A DNA stretch of 45,134 bases. Origin: Anaerolineae bacterium (GTDB lineage Bacteria > Chloroflexota > Anaerolineae > S140-20). Below are positions 1 to 8,515 of the stretch, piece after piece. The translations under genes were made by a program, and so were the position numbers. A model generated the notes under the pieces. That model did not search any database, was not told the origin of the DNA, and was given only the letters and a program-made list of their open reading frames with translations. The stretch lies in the NCBI GenBank assembly GCA_027021705.1, contig JALUTT010000067.1:1-45134 (forward strand). The letters are read 5' to 3'. How positions within the stretch are numbered: position 1 is the first letter of the stretch; the number at the start of each line of letters is the position of its first letter.

Positions 1-1125
1 GAGACGGGCTTGGCGCAGCGCTTGGAAGCGGGGTGCCATCTCCTCCAGGCTGTCCCCGCCCAGCTTCTCCAGCAGCGCGTCCGCCAGGACGAAGGCGACC
101 ATCGCTTCGCCGACGACGACGGCCCGGGGCAGCGGGCAGATGTCGGAGCGCTCATAGCGGATGGGGGCCGGCTCCCCCGTCGCCAGGTCCACCGAGCGCA
201 ATGGGGTCAAGGTGGTGGCGATGGGCTTCATCGCCGCCCGGACGACGATGGGCTCGCCGTTGCTGATCCCCCCTTCGATGCCGCCGGCCCGGTTCGTCCT
301 CCGCACCAGCCGTTCCCCCTCCAGCAGGATCTCGTCCTGCACCTGGGTGCCGGGCCGACGGGTGTTGGCGAAACCGCTCCCCACCTCGACCCCTTTGATG
401 GCCGGGATGCTGCCCACAGCCCCCATCAGCCGGCCGTCCAGCCGCCGGTCCCAGTGGACGTGGGAGCCAAGCCCCGGCGGCACCCCCAGTGCGACGATCT
501 CCATCACCCCGCCCACCGTGTCCCGTTCCTCCATCGCTTGCCGGATGCGGGCCACCATCTGCTCGCCGGCCTCCGGGAGCGGGCAGCGGACGGGGCTCGC
601 CTCGGCGGCGGCGAAGCGGTCGGGGTAGGGGAGGTCGTCAGGCAGGGGAGCGGTGACCTCACCGATGGCGACGACGTAGCCGCCCACGGTGATGCCGAAG
701 TGGGCCAGGAGTTGCTTGCAAATGGCCCCCACGGCGACCCGGGCCGCCGTCTCCCGGGCCGAGGCCCGCTCCAGCGCCAGCCGCAGCTCCCGGTAGCCAT
801 ACTTGATGGCCCCCGTCAGGTCGGCGTGGCCGGGGCGGGGGATGGTCATCGGGGGGATCTCCCGATCCCGCCAGTTGGCCCAATCCCGGTTCTCGATGAA
901 CAGGGCGATGGGAGCGCCCGTCGTCCGCCCGGCCATGACCCCTCCCAGGAAGCGGATCCGGTCCCGCTCGATCCGCATCCGGCCGCCGGCGCCGAACCCC
1001 TGCTGACGGCGGCGTAGCTCGGCGTTCACCGCCTCCGGTGTCAGCGGCAGCCCGGCGGGCATCCCCTCCAGGATGGCGACCAGCGCCGGTCCGTGAGATT
1101 CTCCGGCCGTCAGAAAGCGCAGCAT
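1..1125 (-). CDS. aroC: Chorismate synthase (3' end runs off the window)
   Basis: Manual minus-strand translation from ATG at 1125 gives MLRFLTAGESHGPALVAILEGMPAG..., later RPGHAD and ERASARETAARVAVGA motifs. Absent from the ORF track because there is no stop in the window. Confidence 0.95.
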   Translation of the reverse strand, partial: MLRFLTAGESHGPALVAILEGMPAGLPLTPEAVNAELRRRQQGFGAGGRMRIERDRIRFLGGVMAGRTTGAPIALFIENRDWANWRDREIPPMTIPRPGHADLTGAIKYGYRELRLALERASARETAARVAVGAICKQLLAHFGITVGGYVVAIGEVTAPLPDDLPYPDRFAAAEASPVRCPLPEAGEQMVARIRQAMEERDTVGGVMEIVALGVPPGLGSHVHWDRRLDGRLMGAVGSIPAIKGVEVGSGFANTRRPGTQVQDEILLEGERLVRRTNRAGGIEGGISNGEPIVVRAAMKPIATTLTPLRSVDLATGEPAPIRYERSDICPLPRAVVVGEAMVAFVLADALLEKLGGDSLEEMAPRFQALRQARL

Positions 1126-1131
1126 GCTCCT

Positions 1132-3450
1132 CTACCTCCCGTAAACGCGCACCGGCGTCAGCAGCACGTGGTCGGTCTGGAGGCGACCGCCGGTGGGGAT
1201 GATGGGCAGCAGGTGGATCTCGCCGGCCTCGTCCACCCGGTAGACGGCCACCCGCAGGCGGTAGACGCCCGGTGCGGCCTCGGGGATGACGGTCAGCAGG
1301 CGGAGGTCCTCGACGATCTGGCCCGGCTGCCAGGTGGAGGTCGGCATCGCCCCGTCCTGGGGCCAACTGTCCTTCTGAGCCGCCTTCACCTGAGCCTCGT
1401 TGACGATCTGAGCGGAGATGGCGTAGTTAACGGCCATCGGGCGCAGGGCTTCCCAGTAGAGGGTGACGGTGACGGTCTCGCCGGGACGCACGGCCCGCCG
1501 GGTCATCTGATAGCCGACCAGAGCCATCTGATCGTCGAAGTTCACCCGCAGGGGGTTGGGGAGCGGGGCATCCGGCGGGGGCTCCAACCGGACCTGGCCG
1601 AAACGGACGCGGTCGCCGATCTCCCGGCCCGACCCATCCACGGCGGCCAGCCGCTCTCCGGTGGCGAAGTCGTACATCCCCACGGCAAAGGTCAGCGCGT
1701 CGGGGGTGTAGGCGGTCTCCGGGATGGGGATGATCCGCTGTTCGGCCCAGCGCCGGCCCGGCTCCAGCCAGCGGGTGGGCAGCAACCCCATCCCCGGGTA
1801 GCCATCCCGCTGGGCGATGACCAGGTCGTCTCCGTTCACCAGGTGCAGGAAGACGCTGTAGTTGGCTCCGAAGGGCTGCACCGCCTCCCAGTAGAGGGTC
1901 ACGGGCAGTTGCTCTCCCGGTCGCAGGGGGCGGTCTGTGTCGGCGGCGTAGCCCAGGAGCCGGAGCTGGCCCCCGGCCGGGTGGAAGAAGGTGATGTCCA
2001 GCCGGTGGGGGATGGCGGCGACCTGGGCCTCGGTGAGGAGAGGCGGGGGGCGGTAGGCCGGCGCGATCCAGACCAGAGGGGCGAGGGCGGAGATGAGCCC
2101 CATCAGGCCGCCGACGGCCCCCAGCACCCACCGCCGGTGGCGGGCTGGGAACCAGGCCGCGATGCCCAGGACCAGCAGCAAGGACCAGACGGCGATGGCG
2201 GAGAAGATGAGCCGGCCCTGAGAGGACCAGGTGACGGTGGCCCAGCGGATCCAGGAGACGAAGACGATGATGGGCCAGAGGAAGACGAGGAGGCTGGCGA
2301 ACCGATCCCCGGCGGGCACCGTGATCCGTCGTCGAACCCAGATGGGAACCAGGTGGCGGGTGCGGGCTGCGATGATCTCTTTGAACAGCCCCAGGATGGC
2401 CAGGAGCAGGAGCCCGTTGAGGAGGGTGTAGAGGGGCTTCGGCAGGGGGATGTTGAGGCCGCCGAAGTTGCCCCAGTAGCCGGCCAGGAAGCTGTGGCGC
2501 TCCCGCCAGAGCTGGGCCAGGTCGGCCGGCACGTCTCGCTGGCCCAGGACGGCGATGAAGGCGTTGAGTCCCAGCGGATCGCCGTAGAGCCGCCAGTTGC
2601 GCCCGTACCACCAGCCGGCGATGAGCAGGACGGGGAGGGCGACAAGGACGAGCCGACGGAGCGCCATCCGCCCGGCTTCCCTGAGCGCCTTCGCCGTCGG
2701 CGGGCGCTCCACCTCCCGATAGCCCCGCAGGAGCAGGGCCAGCGCAGCCAGGGGCAGCAGCCCCAGGGCGCTCTCCTTGGTCAGGACGGCCAGCCCTAGG
2801 ACGGTGCCCAGGGCCAGGTAGGGGCGGGCCGATGAGGTGGCGGAGGGCGAGAGGGCGGGCTGCACCAACCGCACCATCTGCCAGAGGGCCAGGGTGGAGA
2901 GGAGCACGACCAGGTTGTCGTTGTTGACCGAGGCGGAGATGAAGAGGAACATCGGCGTGAAGCCGGTGACGGCGGCCGTCGCCAGGGCCAGGTCCTCGCG
3001 GTCAGGCCAGAGGGTCAGGACCAGCCGGTAGGTCAGGTAGACGGTGGCCGCCCCCATAGCGACCGAGAGGAACCGGATGAGGTGGACGGCGAGGGCGACG
3101 CCTCGCCAGGGCCAGCCTTCATCGGGTCGGTGCACGACCAGGTTGACGTTGCCGTCGGGGGCTGCCTCGCCGTAGTTGCCGTGGGGGTTGGGCTCCCAGA
3201 CCGCCTCCATCGGCCCTGTGTCAATCCAGAAGGTGAGCAGGGCGGCGATGGCGTAGTAGAGAGGGGGCTGGCTGCCCTCCTGCCGCCAGGGGCCGGGGTT
3301 CTCCGGGTCCTGGACGGGAAGCGCCCAATGGTCGGCGATCTGCTTGACCATCGGGTAGTGCCAGAGTTCGTCCGAGGCCTCGAAGATGGGCGTGACCAGG
3401 CTGTAGAGGATGCCCAGGACGACGAAGAGGGCGATCAGGAGTCGGATCAT
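1132..3450 (-). CDS. GT-C (GT39/ArnT/PMT-like) polytopic membrane glycosyltransferase with C-terminal extracytoplasmic beta-rich repeats
   Basis: PIFEASDELWH, QPPLYY, SVNNDN and LTKES motifs; many TM helices; two repeated domains with VTLYWEA...Y.(V/I)..(H/Q)(L/I)V. Confidence 0.75.
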   Translation of the reverse strand: MIRLLIALFVVLGILYSLVTPIFEASDELWHYPMVKQIADHWALPVQDPENPGPWRQEGSQPPLYYAIAALLTFWIDTGPMEAVWEPNPHGNYGEAAPDGNVNLVVHRPDEGWPWRGVALAVHLIRFLSVAMGAATVYLTYRLVLTLWPDREDLALATAAVTGFTPMFLFISASVNNDNLVVLLSTLALWQMVRLVQPALSPSATSSARPYLALGTVLGLAVLTKESALGLLPLAALALLLRGYREVERPPTAKALREAGRMALRRLVLVALPVLLIAGWWYGRNWRLYGDPLGLNAFIAVLGQRDVPADLAQLWRERHSFLAGYWGNFGGLNIPLPKPLYTLLNGLLLLAILGLFKEIIAARTRHLVPIWVRRRITVPAGDRFASLLVFLWPIIVFVSWIRWATVTWSSQGRLIFSAIAVWSLLLVLGIAAWFPARHRRWVLGAVGGLMGLISALAPLVWIAPAYRPPPLLTEAQVAAIPHRLDITFFHPAGGQLRLLGYAADTDRPLRPGEQLPVTLYWEAVQPFGANYSVFLHLVNGDDLVIAQRDGYPGMGLLPTRWLEPGRRWAEQRIIPIPETAYTPDALTFAVGMYDFATGERLAAVDGSGREIGDRVRFGQVRLEPPPDAPLPNPLRVNFDDQMALVGYQMTRRAVRPGETVTVTLYWEALRPMAVNYAISAQIVNEAQVKAAQKDSWPQDGAMPTSTWQPGQIVEDLRLLTVIPEAAPGVYRLRVAVYRVDEAGEIHLLPIIPTGGRLQTDHVLLTPVRVYGR

Positions 3451-3505
3451 TGGTCGGGTGGTCCTTGGTCGGGTAGTCTTCAGTCCTCAGTCCTCGGTCC
3501 TCGGT
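3451..3505. repeat. Degenerate 7/8-nt tandem repeat array (TGGTCCT/CAGTCCT/CGGTCCT)
   Basis: tggtcggg tggtcct tggtcggg tagtctt cagtcct cagtcct cggtcct cggtg. Overlaps the 3' end of the CruF-like gene. Confidence 0.8.
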
Positions 3506-4322
3506 GCCTCCCCTGGTCCGCGGTCGTCAGCCGACCCAGGCCCAGCAGGGCGAAGCTTCCCATCCCGAAGAAGCCGGCCACGGCCACTCCGGTCCGCCCC
3601 GCCTCCAGGGCGATGAGGACGTTGGCCAGCCAGGTGACGACGTAGGCCCCGATGGGCAGGGCCTGGAAGCGGGCGCTGCTGGGTCCCCAGGGGCGGGCCG
3701 GCCGGTGGCGCGTCAGCAGCCGATAGAGCAGGAAGAAGGTGAAGGTGGTGACCAGCCAGCCGGCGTAGTTCTGAGCCGGGATGCCGAAGTAGCCCCCCTT
3801 CACCTCCCACACCCAGTGGCCGCTGGCCACCATCAGCGGGTCCATCATCAGGTCCCAGCCGGTGATGGCCATCGCGCTGAGGCCGGCCCGCCAGATCGCC
3901 TGACCGATGCCCTCTCGTCCTCCCCCGCCGGTCAGCCGCTCCACCAGCACCTGGGAGGGGTAGGCCATCATAAACCAGGCGATGGGGATCAGGGGCGGCA
4001 CCAGGCCGAAGAGCTTCGCGCCTAGCCGGTCGGTGTAGTGGTAGGGGCCGTAGGGCCATCCGGTGAGCACGCCGACGCTCTCGAAGAGCAGGCTGATCCC
4101 GAAGGTGAGGCCCAGGAAGAGCAGGGCTCGCCGTCCTCCCATCGTCCAGAGGGCGTGGCCCAAGGAGAAGGCGAAGAAGGCCAGGGTGGCCAGGGGAAGC
4201 ATGACGACGATGAAGGGCAGGCGCAGCAGGGGCCGTAACACGATGTAGCCCATCACCGCCGTGTAGAAGAGCCCCAGGGCGGTGACCCCGGGTTGCCAGA
4301 GGCGTTTCACCACAGGCGTCAT
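3480..4322 (-). CDS. Carotenoid biosynthesis membrane protein (CruF/DUF422-like carotenoid hydratase family)
   Basis: E.VGV.TGWPYGPYHYT..LG, VP.LIPIAW, WDLMMDP and GIPAQNYAGW motifs. Confidence 0.8.
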   Translation of the reverse strand: MTPVVKRLWQPGVTALGLFYTAVMGYIVLRPLLRLPFIVVMLPLATLAFFAFSLGHALWTMGGRRALLFLGLTFGISLLFESVGVLTGWPYGPYHYTDRLGAKLFGLVPPLIPIAWFMMAYPSQVLVERLTGGGGREGIGQAIWRAGLSAMAITGWDLMMDPLMVASGHWVWEVKGGYFGIPAQNYAGWLVTTFTFFLLYRLLTRHRPARPWGPSSARFQALPIGAYVVTWLANVLIALEAGRTGVAVAGFFGMGSFALLGLGRLTTADQGRHRGPRTED

Positions 4323-5482
4323 AGGAGACCCGCCTCCCGAAGGAGACGGCGTGCCTCGGAGACCTGGGCGGTGTACCGCCGGACGGAGGCGTGCAGGTCC
4401 TCCTCCGGCGGGATGCCCAGGAAGGCCCGGTCGGAGGGGGTGTCGGCCTCGCCCCGCATTGGGCCTTTGGGCGTCCCCGGCAGATCAAAGGCGATGCCGC
4501 CGACGTCCGTTCCGAAGATCTGCTCGCGGCAGCGGAGGTAGGCTTCCTGGATGATGTCCTGGGCCTCTCGGCGCAGGTAGGTGGGGTCCTCCATCAGGAG
4601 GACCTGGGCCTCCTTGAGCAGGTTCGTGCATTCCCGCCAGGCCTGACGGCGTTCCTCCTCTCCGACGAAGGGGTCGCCGCCCAGCCGTTGGGCCACCCCC
4701 TCGGCCCGGCGCAGCTTCTCCGCCCAACCGGCCCCTTCGTTCAGGTCCCGGGTGCGCACCTCCAGACAGCGCACGTCCAGGATGACGTAGGACCACTGGG
4801 TCACCGGCCGACCGTCGGCCAGCAGGTCGCCGTCCTGCACCTCCAAGGTGGGCAGGGGGCGGGGCAGGGGGTTGCGCTCGTCCCGCGTCCCCAGGATGAC
4901 GTAGTAGCCATCCCGCAGGTCGCCGGTGGCGATGTTGAAGTCGCCGCTGAAGGCGAGGATGGGCTGGCGCTCCTCCGGCTCCAGGAAGGTCTGGAGGATC
5001 TTGTCGGCCAGCGTCCCGATGGTGCGGGCGGCGGCGGCGGCACCGGGGGCCAGGGAGATGGCGGTGATGAAGGCGTCGTCGTTGATGAGCCCGCCCAGGG
5101 CGGCCAGTCGGTTCTCCTTGTCCACGATGAACTCGAGGGAGATGGAGACGTGATCCATCGTGGCCGGCACCAGGTTGATCAGGTTGGGGCTCAGCCCCAG
5201 TTGCTCCGCCCGCCCTTTGTGCACCTCTCGGGAGCGCTGGATGGCCTGGAGCGGCTCCGGCCCCAGGAGCGGGTGGTTGAGGGAGACCTGGGAGGTGACG
5301 ATGAGCCGACGGGCCTTCTCCCAGAGGGGGCCGGAGAAGGCGGCCTGGGCTCCTTTGATCCGCACGACGAAGTAGCTCTCGCCTGGGCGGACCGCCTTCG
5401 TCTCCGGTCCCCGGGGAATGTAGATGGGGGAGGTGGTGCCCACGGTCACGTAGGGCTGCCGGTCCTGTTGTCGGTCAAACAT
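4319..5482 (-). CDS. Hypothetical protein (~387 aa)
   Basis: ATG at 5482 preceded by GAGGAG; protein-like composition; stop overlaps the next start. The ORF-track extension to 5995 overlaps another gene. Confidence 0.75.
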   Translation of the reverse strand: MFDRQQDRQPYVTVGTTSPIYIPRGPETKAVRPGESYFVVRIKGAQAAFSGPLWEKARRLIVTSQVSLNHPLLGPEPLQAIQRSREVHKGRAEQLGLSPNLINLVPATMDHVSISLEFIVDKENRLAALGGLINDDAFITAISLAPGAAAAARTIGTLADKILQTFLEPEERQPILAFSGDFNIATGDLRDGYYVILGTRDERNPLPRPLPTLEVQDGDLLADGRPVTQWSYVILDVRCLEVRTRDLNEGAGWAEKLRRAEGVAQRLGGDPFVGEEERRQAWRECTNLLKEAQVLLMEDPTYLRREAQDIIQEAYLRCREQIFGTDVGGIAFDLPGTPKGPMRGEADTPSDRAFLGIPPEEDLHASVRRYTAQVSEARRLLREAGLL

Positions 5483-5496
5483 CGCGTTCTCTCCTC

Positions 5497-5551
5497 TCGC
5501 AATCTGCAATTTGCCATCTGCAATCCGCGACCTCGCAATCGGTAATCTGCG
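5497..5551. repeat. Degenerate heptamer array (GCAATCT-like)
   Basis: gcaatct gcaattt gccatct gcaatcc gcgacct cgcaatc ggtaatct gc, intergenic. Confidence 0.7.
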
Positions 5552-5562
5552 TTCCACACTCC

Positions 5563-6291
5563 TCATCGGAACAGGTCCAGCCCTTCCGGTGGCAGGAGAA
5601 AGGATTCCTCTTCCTGCTCTAGAGGGAGATGCCATGGCTTCTCGGGTAGGAAGGTCAGGAGGGCAAGCAGGAAGAGGAACAGGTAGAAGCCCAGCACCAA
5701 TCCCAGGACGACCGGACCGGAGAGGGGTCCTGCGGCAGCCCGGGCCACCACTTCCTGTCGCTGGTGGGTTGGGAAGGGGTGGAGGATCAATTTGGCTCCC
5801 CAGGCTGCGCCCAGGATGAGGAAGAGAAAGCTGTAGTTGCGGCGCAGACGGTTGCCGATGCCTTCCCACAGGGTCAGGTAGAAGTGGGGAATCTGGATTT
5901 CGAGGGCCATGTGGTGACGCCAGCCGGGCTGATAAGGGGCGGTCCCGTTCCCTATGGAGGGGGTTCCCAGGTGCTTCTCCAAGATGCGGACCCACCGCTG
6001 CCAGATCTCCCAGTAGCGGAAGCGGCGTCCCTCGATGATGAGGAAGGTGAAGACGAGAAAGGCGGTCAGGGGCAGGATAATCGGTGAGCTGGTGTGATGA
6101 CCGAAGGCAGCTGCCAACCCGATCCCCGTCGTTCCCACGGCCCAGTTGGTGGTGGTGTCCAGCCGCTTGCGCCAGATCTGGGCTCGAAAGAGGGTGGCCC
6201 GGTAGAAGTGCTCGATGACGAAAAGCTCGTTGCCGGAGAACAGCGTGGTGGGCTGGGGGCGTTCCTCGGTCCGACCATCGCCAAGGCGCAT
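5563..6291 (-). CDS. DUF2270-family integral membrane protein (paralog 2)
   Basis: HFYR...WRKRLDTTTNWAV, IEGRRFRY and RLRRNY motifs. ATG at 6291 overlaps the upstream TGA. Confidence 0.85.
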   Translation of the reverse strand: MRLGDGRTEERPQPTTLFSGNELFVIEHFYRATLFRAQIWRKRLDTTTNWAVGTTGIGLAAAFGHHTSSPIILPLTAFLVFTFLIIEGRRFRYWEIWQRWVRILEKHLGTPSIGNGTAPYQPGWRHHMALEIQIPHFYLTLWEGIGNRLRRNYSFLFLILGAAWGAKLILHPFPTHQRQEVVARAAAGPLSGPVVLGLVLGFYLFLFLLALLTFLPEKPWHLPLEQEEESFLLPPEGLDLFR

Positions 6292-7049
6292 CACACTTCC
6301 TCGAAAGGGCGTAGGTCTTTGGGTTCCGGCGTGTAGGGGGCCAATTCGCGTCGGGGGGGCTGCACCCGTCCCGTTGCCTCCCGCAAGGGCACCGTCAGCA
6401 GCGCCAGCAGCGCCAACAGGCTGTGGAAGAGGGCAAAGGCGGCCACCGTGACGGTGCCGGCGATGGGGCCTACGGTGGCTCGATCCACCATCTCTCCCCA
6501 TCTCTGGATAGGCGTGGGGTGCATCATCAGCTTTAACAGCCAGCTCACGACCAGGACGCCGAAGATGTAGCTGTAGTTGCGGCGCAGCCGGCGCCCCAGA
6601 GCCTCCCAGATGGAGATGTGGAAGCGCAGGTCCTGTAGGTCCTCGGCGAACATGTGTCGCCACTCAGGATTGTAGCGGGCCCGTTCCGGAGAGAGGATGG
6701 GGGCGATCAGGTCTACCTCCAGCATCCGGGTGCGGTAGCGCCAGATGTCGAAGTAGCGGTAGCGACGGGCCTCGATCACCAGGAAGACGAAGACCAGCCA
6801 GGTGATGAGCAGGATAGGGATGTGGGAGCTCTCCGGGCTGCTGAAGGCCAGGCTCAGGGCAGCGCCCGTGGTCACCACGGCCCAGTTGGTGGTGGTGTCC
6901 AGCCGCTGTCGCCATATCTTCGAGCGGTACATCTCGCCCCGGTAGAGGTGGGCCAGCAGCCCCAGTTCGGCGTTGGTGAAGCGCTCGCTGGGCCGCTCAC
7001 CGATCTCCTGGGCTGTCTTGACCCCCATGAACGGTTCCTGGATGGACAT
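6291..7049 (-). CDS. DUF2270-family integral membrane protein (paralog 1)
   Basis: AHLYRGEMYRSKIWRQRLDTTTNWAV, IEARRYRYFD and RRLRRNY motifs. Confidence 0.88.
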   Translation of the reverse strand: MSIQEPFMGVKTAQEIGERPSERFTNAELGLLAHLYRGEMYRSKIWRQRLDTTTNWAVVTTGAALSLAFSSPESSHIPILLITWLVFVFLVIEARRYRYFDIWRYRTRMLEVDLIAPILSPERARYNPEWRHMFAEDLQDLRFHISIWEALGRRLRRNYSYIFGVLVVSWLLKLMMHPTPIQRWGEMVDRATVGPIAGTVTVAAFALFHSLLALLALLTVPLREATGRVQPPRRELAPYTPEPKDLRPFEEV

Positions 7050-7121
7050 CGGCCTCTCCCACTGGTAGCCCTGTCAGGCAAGCGTTCTGCCGGCTGTTGT
7101 GGGTTGGTCATGTCTCAAAGG

Positions 7122-7253
7122 TTATAATTCGCCACGCACGATAGCTCGCTTCCTCGTCGGTAGAGCAACGAAGTCTCTTGGATTTTCTTGGAATGCTTCG
7201 GCCAGGTCTTCAGGGATTTCGGAGGGCTTCGGGCCATCCCTGTCGTTCCCCAC
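7122..7253 (-). pseudogene. Small ORF (43 aa) resembling a truncated YdeI/OmpD-associated (OmdA) domain
   Basis: GGGAGGT SD, GTG start, MGNDRDGPKPSEIPEDLAEAFQENPRDFVALPTRKRAIVRGEL*; own promoter upstream. Confidence 0.4.
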
Positions 7254-7298
7254 CGCCTTGACCTCCCTTTGGCGGGGCTACATCCTGTGCCTACACTC

Positions 7299-7327
7299 AT
7301 TATACCTTCCCTTGCGCTCTCCCGCAA
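7299..7327 (-). promoter_or_regulatory. Sigma70-type promoter
   Basis: Minus strand TTGCGG-N17-TATAAT. Confidence 0.65.
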
Positions 7328-7330
7328 GGG

Positions 7331-7553
7331 GTTGGATCCCGGTGGTTACCCATATCTTTGGAGCTAGGGAGACTAGCCGTCCACGAATGGGGCACGGACA
7401 CACGGATTAAGGACCGCCTCATTCGTGCATTTGTGAGAAATTCGTGGATGGCCTGCTACGGACCACTCTCTCGCTCACTTGTGGGTAATCACCGCGTTTG
7501 ATCCTGGTGATTACCCATACCTCGGGAACGGGGCTAGAGCGGAGCAGTGAGCG
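7331..7553. repeat. Nested direct and inverted repeats (REP/MITE-like remnants)
   Basis: 26-bp direct repeat 7331-7356 / 7496-7521 (22/26 identical); IR gccgtccacgaat 7376-7388 / attcgtggatggc 7440-7452; IR tgggtaatcacc 7482-7493 / ggtgattaccca 7506-7517. Confidence 0.6.
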
Positions 7554-7563
7554 TTATTCCTTC

Positions 7564-7592
7564 TTGACATATCGGTCCCTTTTCGTTAAACT
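7564..7592 (+). promoter_or_regulatory. Sigma70 promoter of tupABC
   Basis: TTGACA-N17-TAAACT upstream of an AAAGGAG SD. Confidence 0.7.
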
Positions 7593-7645
7593 ATGGGGGC
7601 CTGTCTTGTTACCCCCTACGATCTTCCTAGAAAGGAGAGGTTCCT

Positions 7646-8500
7646 ATGAGACGAAGCCTGGCCTGCCTCCTCGTGCTGCCGGTCTTGCTGACGGCCTGCG
7701 GATCGGGAACCGCCCCGACGGCTTCTCAGTCGGGCGAGGCCAAACCGTCCAACCCTACCATCCTCCTGGCGACGACGACCAGCACCCAGGACTCTGGTCT
7801 GCTGGACCTGCTGGTGCCCGACTTCGAAGAGAAGACGGGCTACACGGTCAAGGTGATCGCTGTGGGCACCGGCGCGGCCCTGGCGATGGGGGAGCGGGGC
7901 GACGCCGACGTGCTCCTCGTCCACGCGCCGGCGGCGGAGATGAAGCTGGTGGAATCGGGCGATGTGGTGGACCGTCGTCGGGTGATGCACAACGACTTCG
8001 TCCTCGTCGGGCCGGCCGAGGATCCGGCTCAGGTGAAGGGGATGACGGACGCAGCGGCTGCCCTGAAGCGGATCGCTCAAACCCAGGCCCTCTTCATCTC
8101 GCGGGGCGACGATTCGGGGACCCATAAGAAGGAAAAGGCCCTGTGGCAGGAGGCCGGGGTGCAGCCGGCGGGGGCCTGGTACCAGGAGTCGGGCCAGGGG
8201 ATGGGAGCCACCCTCAAGATTGCTTCGGAGAAGGGGGCCTACACCCTCACCGACCGGGGAACCTACCTCCACCTACGCGACAAGCTGGACCTGGCGATTC
8301 TGGTGGAGGGCGACGACCGACTTCAGAACATCTACCACGTGATGGTCGTCAACCCCCAGAAGCACCCGGGGGTCAATGCGGAGGGAGCCAAAGCCTTCGC
8401 CGATTACCTGACCGATCCCGAAACCCAGAAGGTCATCGGGGAGTACGGCAAGGACCGTTTTGGTCAGCCGCTCTTCTTCCCTGATGCGGGGCAGGAGTAA
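7646..8500 (+). CDS. tupA: Tungstate ABC transporter substrate-binding lipoprotein
   Basis: Lipobox LTAC; ATTTSTQDSGLL, HNDF, SRGDDSGTH and YTLTDRGT motifs typical of TupA. Confidence 0.92.
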   Translation: MRRSLACLLVLPVLLTACGSGTAPTASQSGEAKPSNPTILLATTTSTQDSGLLDLLVPDFEEKTGYTVKVIAVGTGAALAMGERGDADVLLVHAPAAEMKLVESGDVVDRRRVMHNDFVLVGPAEDPAQVKGMTDAAAALKRIAQTQALFISRGDDSGTHKKEKALWQEAGVQPAGAWYQESGQGMGATLKIASEKGAYTLTDRGTYLHLRDKLDLAILVEGDDRLQNIYHVMVVNPQKHPGVNAEGAKAFADYLTDPETQKVIGEYGKDRFGQPLFFPDAGQE

Positions 8501-8515
8501 GGGGGCCAAGGAATC

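Noticed and set aside
10..2799. Long plus-strand ORFs 10..1017 and 1093..2799
   Set aside because: Antisense shadows of aroC and the GT-C gene, common in high-GC DNA; no recognisable motifs.
1132..4322. Carotenoid glycoside pathway from the CruF-like and glycosyltransferase neighbours
   Set aside because: The transferase is a GT-C membrane type with extracytoplasmic domains rather than a CruG-type GT2, and no crt genes are in the window.
5483..5995. N-terminal extensions in the ORF track (also 8770, 16506, 20954, 35190, 37144, 39699)
   Set aside because: They overlap neighbouring genes or repeats; downstream starts have SD sites or stop/start overlaps.
7141..7200. tRNA-like text tagctc...ggtagagca
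   Set aside because: No T-arm (GTTCRA) or acceptor stem; lies antisense to a small ORF.
7460..7645. Moco/Wco riboswitch or ModE box before tupA
   Set aside because: The hairpins lie upstream of the predicted promoter, the leader is only about 50 nt, and no ModE-type TATAT-N7-TAYAT pattern is visible.
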